A DNA stretch of 64,000 nt from Flavobacteriales bacterium (GTDB taxonomy: Bacteria; Bacteroidota; Bacteroidia; Flavobacteriales_F; PHOS-HE28). How positions within the stretch are numbered: the first letter of the stretch is position 1; each line of letters begins with the position of its first letter. Location: contig JANOAK010000012.1 in assembly GCA_031411095.1 (NCBI GenBank), forward strand, positions 13,288 through 77,287, read 5' to 3'. The notes under the pieces are model-generated. The model saw nothing but the letters and a program-made list of their open reading frames with translations, was not told where the DNA came from and did not search any database. Shown here piece after piece: positions 1 to 8,403 of this stretch. Made by a program: the position numbers and the translations under genes.

Positions 1-1
1 C

Positions 2-1870
2 GATCGTCGACAGGCGGTGGTGGATGCCATCGAGAAGCGCACGGATGCCTTTGCCACCACCACCGGCCTGCCGGTGTACCGCAGTGGCCTGCCATGGATC
101 AGGGTGAAGAGCACCAACCTGGTGAAGGACGAGATGCCCAGGTTCATGGTCATGAGCATGGGCCTTTGCGCCTTGTTGCTGCTTTTCTTCTTCCGTAGTT
201 GGCGGGTAATGGGGATCTGCATGCTGGTGGTGGCCATCAGCGTCATCTGGACGTTCGGATTCATGGCCTTGCTCGACTATAAGATCACGCTCCTTCAAAG
301 CGTGATCGCGCCGTTGGTGATCGTCACGGGTGTGCCCAATTGCGTGTTCCTGGTGAACGCCTTCCACTACGAGTTCGTTAACCACCGCAACCGGGTGAAG
401 GCCCTGCAGCGCGTGATCAGCCGCATCGGGGCCGCGGCCTTCATGACCAACGCCACCACGGCCGTGGGCTTCACCACCTTCTGCGTCACCTACAGCGATG
501 CCCTGGTGCAGTTCGGCTGGACTGCCACCATCGGCATCATGGTACTGTGGCTGCTCAGCATGGTCCTGATCCCGATCTTCTTCAGCTACATGGGCGACCC
601 GAAGGAGCGACACACCCGCCACCTCGATAGTCACTGGCTCGACCGCGCGGTGGAGTGGATCGTGCGCATGAGCCGGACACAACGCCCCCTGATCTATTGG
701 ATCACCGGCATCTTCACCGTGGCCGCGTGTTTCGGTGTGTGGCGCATGAAGGACGAGAGCCGCATCGTGGATGACCTTCCGCAGGACGATCCCGTGCTCA
801 CCGACCTCACCTTCTTCGAACGGAACTTCCACGGTGTGATGCCCCTGGAGATCGTCATCGACACGAAGAAGAAGGGAGGTGCGCTGAAGGACGCCACCCT
901 CAACAGGATCGAAAAGCTCCAGGACACCCTCGCCACCTATCCGGAGTTCAGCCGCCCCATCAGCATTGTGGACGCCGTGAAGTTCACCAAGCAGGCGTTC
1001 TATGGGGGTGACCCCGCCCGTTACGAACTGCTGAACAGCACGGACAAGACCTTCATCCTGCCTTACGTGGAGAACGCCAGCGGCAAGAAGGGCATGGCCA
1101 GCGCCTTCCTCGACAGCACGCGGCAGACCACGCGCGTGACCGTGCAGATGGCGGACGTGGGCACCACGCGCATGGAATCGTTGCTCTCCAAGTTGCGCAC
1201 CCAGACGGACAGCATCTTCCAGCCGGAGAAGTACAAGGTCACGTTCACCGGCACCAGCGTGGTCTTCCTCAAGGGCAGTGGATACCTGGTGAGCAATCTC
1301 ATCACAAGCCTGGTCTGGGCCATCGTGCTCATCGTGGCACTGATGGCGCTGCTCTTCAACTCCTTCCGCATCCTCCTCGTCTCCCTCATCCCCAACATGA
1401 TCCCGCTCGTGTTCACCGCCGGCATCATGGGCTTCGTGGGCATCCCGATCAAGCCCAGCACCATGTTGGTCTTCGGCATTGCCCTGGGCATCGCCGTGGA
1501 CAATGCCATCCACTTCCTCGCGCGCTACCGCCTGGAACTGAAGCTGACCGGCCACGATCTTCAGCGTAGCGTTGACCATGCAACGCGCGAAGTGAGCGTA
1601 GGCATCATCTATACCAGTGTGGTGCTTCTGGCTGGTTTCTGCATGTTCGGCTTCTCGCAGTTCGGTGGCATCCGCGCGCTGGGCATCCTCACCAGCATCA
1701 CGCTGCTGGTGGCCATGTTCACCAACCTGCTCGTGCTCCCATCGTTGGTGCTGTCCTTCAACAAGCGCCTCATGACCAAAGCCTTCGAGGAACCGCTGCT
1801 GGAGATCATGGACGAGGAGGATGACATTGATGTGGGAGAGCTCAAATTGGAAAACAGTCCGGACGAATGA
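2..1870 (+). CDS. MMPL/RND family transporter, 5' truncated by window edge
   Basis: The frame is open from position 2. Two blocks of multiple TM helices are separated by a soluble loop, and repeat 2 has the RND/MMPL motif [10 protein letters not shown]. Confidence 0.85.
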   Translation, partial: DRRQAVVDAIEKRTDAFATTTGLPVYRSGLPWIRVKSTNLVKDEMPRFMVMSMGLCALLLLFFFRSWRVMGICMLVVAISVIWTFGFMALLDYKITLLQSVIAPLVIVTGVPNCVFLVNAFHYEFVNHRNRVKALQRVISRIGAAAFMTNATTAVGFTTFCVTYSDALVQFGWTATIGIMVLWLLSMVLIPIFFSYMGDPKERHTRHLDSHWLDRAVEWIVRMSRTQRPLIYWITGIFTVAACFGVWRMKDESRIVDDLPQDDPVLTDLTFFERNFHGVMPLEIVIDTKKKGGALKDATLNRIEKLQDTLATYPEFSRPISIVDAVKFTKQAFYGGDPARYELLNSTDKTFILPYVENASGKKGMASAFLDSTRQTTRVTVQMADVGTTRMESLLSKLRTQTDSIFQPEKYKVTFTGTSVVFLKGSGYLVSNLITSLVWAIVLIVALMALLFNSFRILLVSLIPNMIPLVFTAGIMGFVGIPIKPSTMLVFGIALGIAVDNAIHFLARYRLELKLTGHDLQRSVDHATREVSVGIIYTSVVLLAGFCMFGFSQFGGIRALGILTSITLLVAMFTNLLVLPSLVLSFNKRLMTKAFEEPLLEIMDEEDDIDVGELKLENSPDE

Positions 1871-2736
1871 AGGGTATCATACTTGCGGGTGGAAGCGGGA
1901 CACGTCTTCACCCATTGACCCTGGCGGTGAGCAAGCAGCTCATGCCGGTGTATGACAAGCCGATGATCTACTACCCGCTCAGCACCCTTATGGCGGCGGG
2001 CATACGGGAGATCCTCATCATCAGCACACCGCATGACCTGCCCAACTTCCGGAAGTTGCTGGGCGATGGCAGCGCGGTGGGTTGCACGTTCAGCTACGCC
2101 GAACAGAAGGTGCCGAACGGCCTTGCACAGGCCTTCGTGATCGGCCGGTCGTTCGTGGGCAACGACAGTGTGGCCCTGATCCTGGGCGACAACATCTTCC
2201 ACGGTAGCGGATTGGGCACCAGGCTCATGGAGCATCGCAGCGTGAAAGGGGGGATGGTCTTCGCGTACCGCGTGAGCGATCCCGAGCGCTATGGCGTGGT
2301 GGAGTTCGATGCTGCGCACAAGGCCGTGAGCATCGAGGAGAAACCCGCCAAGCCCAAGAGCAACTATGCCGTACCCGGCCTCTACTTCTACGACAACACA
2401 GTGCTCGACATCGCCCGCGACCTGAAGCCCAGTGCACGTGGCGAGTACGAGATCACCGATGTGAACAGGGCATACCTGGAACAGGGTATGCTTACCGTGA
2501 ACGTGCTTGATCGGGGCACCGCGTGGCTGGATACGGGCACGTTCACTTCGCTGATGCAGGCCGGTCAGTACGTGCAGGTGATCGAGGAACGTCAGGGTCG
2601 GCGCATCGGCTGCATCGAGGAGGTCGCCTTCCGGCGAGGGTTCATCAACGCCGCGCAACTACGCGCACTGGCGGAGCCCCTCCGCAAGAGCGGATACGGC
2701 GAGTACTTGTTGAAAGTGGCCGACGGCGACGCGTGA
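1867..2736 (+). CDS. rfbA: Glucose-1-phosphate thymidylyltransferase (RmlA/RfbA)
   Basis: [63 protein letters not shown] overlap with the upstream stop. Confidence 0.97.
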   Translation: MKGIILAGGSGTRLHPLTLAVSKQLMPVYDKPMIYYPLSTLMAAGIREILIISTPHDLPNFRKLLGDGSAVGCTFSYAEQKVPNGLAQAFVIGRSFVGNDSVALILGDNIFHGSGLGTRLMEHRSVKGGMVFAYRVSDPERYGVVEFDAAHKAVSIEEKPAKPKSNYAVPGLYFYDNTVLDIARDLKPSARGEYEITDVNRAYLEQGMLTVNVLDRGTAWLDTGTFTSLMQAGQYVQVIEERQGRRIGCIEEVAFRRGFINAAQLRALAEPLRKSGYGEYLLKVADGDA

Positions 2737-3680
2737 TGACCGGGCACGCAGCGATGATCGAGGCGCACATCGAACGCTGGTGCGCGGCACTACCACCGGG
2801 TGACCTGTATGCACCCATGGCCTACCTGCTCCGGCTTCCGGCCAAGCGCGTGCGTCCTGCTCTGGTGCTCATGGGTTGCGAACTGTTCGGTGGGCATGCC
2901 GAGGATGCCCTGGATGAGGCCCTTGGCATCGAGCTCTTCCACAACTTCACCCTGATGCATGATGACATCATGGACGCGTCACACCTGCGCCGAGGCAGGC
3001 CAACGGTGCATGTGAAATGGAATGCCAACACGGCCATCCTCAGCGGTGATGCGATGCTGGTGAAGTCCTATCAACTGATGGGCCGTCGCAGTGCCGTGTT
3101 GGGGATCTTCGGTCGTTATGCATTGGAGGTCTGTGAAGGGCAGCAATTGGACATGGAATATGAACGCCGCGATGATGTGCGGGCGGTGGAATACATGGAG
3201 ATGATCCGGCTGAAAACGGCCGTGCTCCTCTCCTGTGCACTGGAGGTAGGTGCTGCGATCGCCGGTGCGCCAGAGGAGGATCGCGCACGCCTTGGAGCCT
3301 TTGGCGAGCACCTCGGACTTGCTTTTCAGCTGCGCGATGATCTGCTCGATGCGTTCGGCGACCCGCTCCTGACCGGGAAGCAACGGGGCGGCGACCTGCG
3401 CAATGGAAAGAAGACATTGCTCCTGATCCGCGGCCTCGACCGGTCCGTTGAGCAGGGCTCGCCTGTGTTGCGTGAAGAGCTGGCCAGACCATCGGCAGAG
3501 CGTGACCTGGACCGTATGCTCGCGGCCCTCGAACAGCTGGGTGTGGTGCAAGAGGTGGAAGCAGAGGCGGTGCGCCACGAAAGGACCGCACTCGCCGAAC
3601 TGCAGGCCGTGAACGTACCGCCCGAACGGAAGGAGGCGCTGAGCGGACTAGCCGCCATGCTGATGGCCAGAGCCCGCTGA
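2736..3680 (+). CDS. Polyprenyl synthetase (trans-isoprenyl diphosphate synthase, IspA/GGPP synthase-like)
   Basis: FARM HDDIMD followed by RRGRPT, GQQLD, KTA, and SARM FQLRDDLLD. Start moved from 2523 to the ATG at 2736 (TGATG overlap with the rfbA stop). Confidence 0.92.
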   Translation: MTGHAAMIEAHIERWCAALPPGDLYAPMAYLLRLPAKRVRPALVLMGCELFGGHAEDALDEALGIELFHNFTLMHDDIMDASHLRRGRPTVHVKWNANTAILSGDAMLVKSYQLMGRRSAVLGIFGRYALEVCEGQQLDMEYERRDDVRAVEYMEMIRLKTAVLLSCALEVGAAIAGAPEEDRARLGAFGEHLGLAFQLRDDLLDAFGDPLLTGKQRGGDLRNGKKTLLLIRGLDRSVEQGSPVLREELARPSAERDLDRMLAALEQLGVVQEVEAEAVRHERTALAELQAVNVPPERKEALSGLAAMLMARAR

Positions 3681-3815
3681 CCGCACCTTCACGCAGCGAC
3701 CGGTCCGTGTTGCGGAATGATACGATCCGCATGAACCCTGCCATCCAGCCAGTGCCGGGAACGAAAAGGGAAGGACCGGGGTCGGCATTGTTGAACGATG
3801 CATAACTTGACGGAC

Positions 3816-4046
3816 ATGAGCGACGCGGTACCGGAAAAAGGGGAGTGGATCATACCCATCTGTGCTTACTGCTTGCACGATCGTCGGGATGGCACATGTA
3901 TCGCGTTTCCCAAGGGTATTCCCTATCGGATCCTGGCGGGATACACGGATCACGCGCAGATCCAGGTGGATCAGGAGGGCGCGACCATCTTTGAGCAGGC
4001 GCCGAACGCCCCGAAGCCGGACCGGAGCCGATGGGCCGGCGAATGA
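3816..4046 (+). CDS. Small Cys/His protein, CxxCxH-x6-CxAFPxGIP-x8-DH (start 3798 or 3816)
   Basis: Fills an otherwise empty gap and has a coherent metal-binding pattern: CAYCLH...CIAFPKGIPYRILAGYTDH. Confidence 0.6.
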   Translation: MSDAVPEKGEWIIPICAYCLHDRRDGTCIAFPKGIPYRILAGYTDHAQIQVDQEGATIFEQAPNAPKPDRSRWAGE

Positions 4047-4080
4047 CCTCCACCGGATCCCGAGCTTGCTGCACGTCCGG

Positions 4081-4989
4081 TCACTTCCCGAGCAGTTCCA
4101 TTGCCAGCGCGTTCTCCAGCTGATCATACTGGAACCGGAGGTCCGTTCCACGTAACCGGTCGCTACTCGCTCGTGAGCCTTCGAGCAGGATCGAGCTCAT
4201 TTCACCCAAGGCTAAGCGCAGTGCGAAGGAAGGAACGTTCGGGAGGAAGAACGGCTTGCGCAGGACCTTTGCAACGGTGCGCATGAACTCCGTGTTCCTG
4301 GGTTGCTCCGCAGCACAAACGTTGTACGCCCCGGACATCGATGATCGCGTGATCGCGCTCAGGTAAGCAGCAGTGAGGTCATCGATATGCACCCAAGGCA
4401 TCCATTGATCACCCGAGCCCAACGGGGAACCAAGGCCCCAGCGCACGGGAGCCGACAGCCTGGGTAGCGCTCCTCCTTCGCGCGCGATCACCATCGGCGT
4501 GCGCAGCTTCACCACGCGTGTGATGCTGCTCCATTCATCCGCCGCTTGTTCCCAGTCCAGCGACAACCGACCGATGGCATCCTGTCCGGCCGGGTCCGAT
4601 TCAACATACACGTGATCACTGGTGATGGCACCGTAGATGCCCACACCACTGGCGCTGATGAACGACTGCGGCACAAAGCCTTGTTCCCTGGCCACATGCA
4701 ACAGCAGCCTGGCCGCGCCCCCACGACTGGCGTACAGTTCCTTCATGCGCGTCGTGGTCCATCGCTTGTCCGCAATGCCGGCACCACTGAGGTGAACGAT
4801 GTGATCCGTGCCGTCGAAGGCCCGCGGATCCACGGTGCCTTTCGCGAGGTCCCACACAAAGCGTGTCACACCGTCCGCGCTTCCTCCGCTCCGGCTGAGC
4901 CAGCGTACTTCATGCTTGTTCCGCAGCAGCAGCGAAGTGAGCCGGCTGCCCACCAACCCACTGCCACCCGTTATCAGGATCGTTGCCAT
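4081..4989 (-). CDS. TIGR01777/YfcH-like NAD-dependent epimerase family oxidoreductase
   Basis: ITGGSGLVG Rossmann motif, VHLSGAGIADKRW, ISASGVGIYG, GSGDQWMPWVHIDD. Confidence 0.92.
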   Translation of the reverse strand: MATILITGGSGLVGSRLTSLLLRNKHEVRWLSRSGGSADGVTRFVWDLAKGTVDPRAFDGTDHIVHLSGAGIADKRWTTTRMKELYASRGGAARLLLHVAREQGFVPQSFISASGVGIYGAITSDHVYVESDPAGQDAIGRLSLDWEQAADEWSSITRVVKLRTPMVIAREGGALPRLSAPVRWGLGSPLGSGDQWMPWVHIDDLTAAYLSAITRSSMSGAYNVCAAEQPRNTEFMRTVAKVLRKPFFLPNVPSFALRLALGEMSSILLEGSRASSDRLRGTDLRFQYDQLENALAMELLGK

Positions 4990-5049
4990 GCTGCCAAGTG
5001 AACACCGCGGGCGGTCGGTCAGTTCAGGATCAACACGGCATTAACGAAC

Positions 5050-6924
5050 TCAGCGGAGGAGGTCGAAGGTCAGGGTATGTGTTCCACCCTCATCAACATA
5101 CCGAAGCAGGTAGGGAGCGTTGGGCAGCAGGGTGGGCAACGGGATGTCCATCACCTGGCTGGGTACAATGGCCGTCAGGGTATGGACCAGGCGCCCTTGC
5201 GTATCCATGATCTCCACACGCTTCAGGTCACGGATACCGGAAAGTCGCAGTACCCCGCTGGTCGGATTGGGATAAAGCGACACGAGCGTGTTCGTTGTGC
5301 TGGCCATGCCCGTGTTCAAGCACTGCGTCTCCGTCGCATCGACCACCGTGATCGACAGGCAGGCGGTGGCATCGGCACATGGCGGAGTTCCCTCTACGTT
5401 GTAGCAGTAAACCCCCGACGGATCATTACCTGGGTCGAAGGAATTGCTGTGCGGCGTGTTGTTCGGTGCGGTCCATGTGCCACCATTCTGTGGAGTGCCA
5501 AGGAGCGAATCGATCATCAGCACAGCGTCGCCGTTCGCGCAGACGTTGATCGCCTGGCCAATGCCGGCATCCGGTGCCTGTAAGATGTTCAGCGTGAGGA
5601 TGGAGGTGTCGGCCGGACAGTCCCCGACAGCGGGTACCACGTAGGAATAGACATTCGGTGAGATCAGCGTGAATGTGCCGTTATCATCCGCAGCGGGGTC
5701 AAGGAACCCGGCGAGGTTGGGCGGCGCATCGCCACAGTAGCTCGCGAACACATCCGCTCCTGCATATGGAGCGGCAGCCACCGTTACGGTATAGGTGATG
5801 ATCTGCGAGGCCGGTTGGGGGCAGGCATCATCCGTTGCAGTGATGGTGAACGCGTACGTACCGGGTAGCGCATTGGACGAGTTCCAGCAGATCAGCGCGG
5901 TGGCCGGGTTGGTGCCCGAAACACTGAGGTCCGCGCCGGAGAGCACATCCGCGACATTGCTTTCAAGGCTGAGCGATTGGGTCGCATCGGCATCCGTGAT
6001 CGCGGCATTGAAGCAGAACGATGCTCCGCCGCACACCACCACATCATGCGGGCCTGTCACCTGCGCCGGTCCGCTCACCACATCGATCTCACCGGAGCTT
6101 TCATCCGGATTGTTGTTGGCGCAGTTGATCACCACGAACACGATGTCGCGCATCACGGTGCCGGTGAGCTCACCGGCCGCGTTGTAGGCGTTGGCCTGCA
6201 CCACCACCACATAGTAACCCACGGCCGTGGGCGTGAATTGCACTTGTCCGGTGGAGGCATCCAGTGTGATGCCCGGGATGGGCGATGCACCGCTGTATCC
6301 GGGAGTATAGCTCACTGTTTGCGGTGAGCCACTGAAGTACCGTGCATTGATGAACGCATAGGCGAGCGAGTCCGACTCAGGGTCGCTCAGCCCGAAGTTG
6401 TAGCTCACAGGCTGGTTCACGCACACGTATGGCAGGGCATCCTCGGCGAACACAGGTGAATTGTCGCAGGGGGCCGTGGCGTTGTTGATGGTGGCTTCCA
6501 GGTACATGCCCGGCACGCCCACCACGTTCAGCGATCCTGCTCGGCAGCAGATGTTCCAGCTCACCGTCCAATGATCGCATTGCGGAAGCGTGACCTCGGT
6601 ATGGAACTCGTATAGCCGCATGCCGGGGAGGTTGCCTCCGTTACACGTACTGTTGCCCAGTTGGGCCGGGCAGAGCTGCGACACCTCCACCCCTGCAGAG
6701 GCGGGGATATCGGTTACTGTGAAACTGGTACCACAGGTGCTGGTGAAGTTCAACGTCTGTGGAACGATGGCGGCTCCGCTGCAATCAACGAACAGCTGGA
6801 GGGTGACGTCGTACGTGTTGTTCAGCTGGCAGGTCCAGGTGATATTCCCGCCGGAATAATGCCCTGCATACAGGTTACCGGCAAGGCACAGAGCAATAAG
6901 CAAGGAGTAGAGGTTCCGGACCAT
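5050..6924 (-). CDS. T9SS type A CTD protein with HxxGG/WxxCCR head domain and ~1.5 copies of the 79-aa stalk repeat
   Basis: Signal peptide ending LYA-GHYSGG. The head aligns by eye with 37758..45170. The C-terminus LYPNPTSG...IMDTQGR...YLLRY matches a type A CTD. Confidence 0.85.
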   Translation of the reverse strand: MVRNLYSLLIALCLAGNLYAGHYSGGNITWTCQLNNTYDVTLQLFVDCSGAAIVPQTLNFTSTCGTSFTVTDIPASAGVEVSQLCPAQLGNSTCNGGNLPGMRLYEFHTEVTLPQCDHWTVSWNICCRAGSLNVVGVPGMYLEATINNATAPCDNSPVFAEDALPYVCVNQPVSYNFGLSDPESDSLAYAFINARYFSGSPQTVSYTPGYSGASPIPGITLDASTGQVQFTPTAVGYYVVVVQANAYNAAGELTGTVMRDIVFVVINCANNNPDESSGEIDVVSGPAQVTGPHDVVVCGGASFCFNAAITDADATQSLSLESNVADVLSGADLSVSGTNPATALICWNSSNALPGTYAFTITATDDACPQPASQIITYTVTVAAAPYAGADVFASYCGDAPPNLAGFLDPAADDNGTFTLISPNVYSYVVPAVGDCPADTSILTLNILQAPDAGIGQAINVCANGDAVLMIDSLLGTPQNGGTWTAPNNTPHSNSFDPGNDPSGVYCYNVEGTPPCADATACLSITVVDATETQCLNTGMASTTNTLVSLYPNPTSGVLRLSGIRDLKRVEIMDTQGRLVHTLTAIVPSQVMDIPLPTLLPNAPYLLRYVDEGGTHTLTFDLLR

Positions 6925-7007
6925 GGGAGTTGGGTTGTTCCGGAAAGGTAATGTTCCACGCGATCGCCTGTTCCCTTGGACAGGTCACACGTACCCCGGC
7001 ACCAGGA

Positions 7008-7877
7008 CTACCTCGACTGCTCCATCATCCGCAGGTCCTCAGCGATGAAGCCTTCCTTCTTACCGAAGAGTGCGGCATCATCGCGCAGGTACATCAACTC
7101 ACCCGTGCTGGCGTTGAAGACGCGCTTGAAGCACCACTTCGTCTTGTATTCGCCGGTCATGACCACATCGCTGATGGCCACAGCATTTCCCTTGGTGGCC
7201 GCGGCCATCAACTGCGACAGGTCCATCATCTGCAGACCCTTGGTGTACGTCTCCTTTGCCTTGGCCGCATCAGGCACGGTCTTGTCCAGGTGTTCCTTGG
7301 CGATCCACAGGTCCATGTCCTTGATGAAGCGGTTGCGGCTGGCATAGAGCCGGTCGGCGGTCGCCTTGTCCGTGATCTTGCCGTTCTCCACGTTCTTGAG
7401 GAAATCCTGCAAGTGCTTTACGTAGATCGGAAGCATGGCGCTGTTCGTGCTACCCATGGCCTTCGCATCGATCATCAAACTGGCGAGCTCCTGTGTGGCG
7501 GGGATGTTCACCACGGCACCATCGGCCACATCCAGCACCTCACCCCTTTTCTGCTTCCAGCCCTGCACGAGGGCGAGGAAGATGGCGTCGTGCTTTTCAG
7601 CATCCGAGCGCTTGATCTTCATCAGGTAGAGCTTCGTAGGGTCGATCGGCTGCGTGGCCAGGTCGGCCGCATTGATGAAGTCGAAGGCCTTGGTGAACTT
7701 CCAATCGGCCTTCATGGCGCTCGTGAGCGCCTGGTTGTAGGAGGTGTTGCCATCATCCAGCACCACCACCGTGGTGGCGGCCTTCGCTGTGATCACCGCC
7801 TTGGTATCGAACGTGCCGTATTGGGCATGGGCGGTCAGCAGCGCGAAGCCAGAGAGGAGGAGAAGGGGTGATCGCAT
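7008..7877 (-). CDS. Hypothetical secreted protein (289 aa)
   Basis: Signal peptide MRSPLLLLSGFALLTAHA-Q. A TATGTTTG promoter element lies at 7908-7915 on the minus strand. The upstream extension to 8411 is the antisense of the next gene. Confidence 0.75.
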   Translation of the reverse strand: MRSPLLLLSGFALLTAHAQYGTFDTKAVITAKAATTVVVLDDGNTSYNQALTSAMKADWKFTKAFDFINAADLATQPIDPTKLYLMKIKRSDAEKHDAIFLALVQGWKQKRGEVLDVADGAVVNIPATQELASLMIDAKAMGSTNSAMLPIYVKHLQDFLKNVENGKITDKATADRLYASRNRFIKDMDLWIAKEHLDKTVPDAAKAKETYTKGLQMMDLSQLMAAATKGNAVAISDVVMTGEYKTKWCFKRVFNASTGELMYLRDDAALFGKKEGFIAEDLRMMEQSR

Positions 7878-7907
7878 GGTCGGTATGGAGGTGAACGCGG
7901 GAAGGGC

Positions 7908-7915
7908 CAAACATA
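7908..7915 (-). promoter_or_regulatory. Bacteroidota -7 promoter element TATGTTTG
   Basis: Exact TAnnTTTG match 30 nt upstream of the ATG at 7877. Confidence 0.6.
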
Positions 7916-7955
7916 GTGCCAGTAAAAAGCGACCTTCGACCGAGTTTTCGACAGC

Positions 7956-8315
7956 ATGCACGGAGAACTGTCCAAAAGCCAGGGCGAGGGACTGCGAAAG
8001 CGTCTGGATGAGGCCGTTGTGCTGCATGAGACCGTGCTGCAATTGCGCAAGGACCTGAACGAGGAGGAGATCCCCCTGCCGAAGACCGATGCGGAGGCCT
8101 TTGAGCGGCTTCGCGCCAGCGTGATGGCCCACATGGGTGCGTGGGAACGCGGCGAACCATCGCGGTTCTCCAGGGCCATCAACCGGGTGGACCTCACGGA
8201 GCGGCAGGTGAACGAGGCCATGGCACAGGGGGGACTGCCGGAGCTCGCCGGGCGCATGGTGCTCCGGTGCCTGCAGAAAGTGCTGATACGCAAGCGCTTC
8301 GCCGGGCTCGGATGA
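7956..8315 (+). CDS. Hypothetical helical protein (119 aa)
   Basis: Codon use is typical. The C-terminal RVDLTE...LAGRMVLRCLQKVLIR resembles a small conserved Bacteroidota family (from recall). Confidence 0.7.
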   Translation: MHGELSKSQGEGLRKRLDEAVVLHETVLQLRKDLNEEEIPLPKTDAEAFERLRASVMAHMGAWERGEPSRFSRAINRVDLTERQVNEAMAQGGLPELAGRMVLRCLQKVLIRKRFAGLG

Positions 8316-8383
8316 CCCCGGTTTTCCACATGCGCAAGGCAACAACCGGCCTCCGCGCGCGTATACCGGCCCACTCTGAGGGC

Positions 8384-8391
8384 TAACTTTG
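8384..8391 (+). promoter_or_regulatory. -7 promoter element TAACTTTG for sucAB
   Basis: Exact TAnnTTTG. The TTG start at 8389 in the ORF track lies inside it, so ATG 8404 is preferred. Confidence 0.65.
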
Positions 8392-8403
8392 GCCTCTGTT
8401 CCT

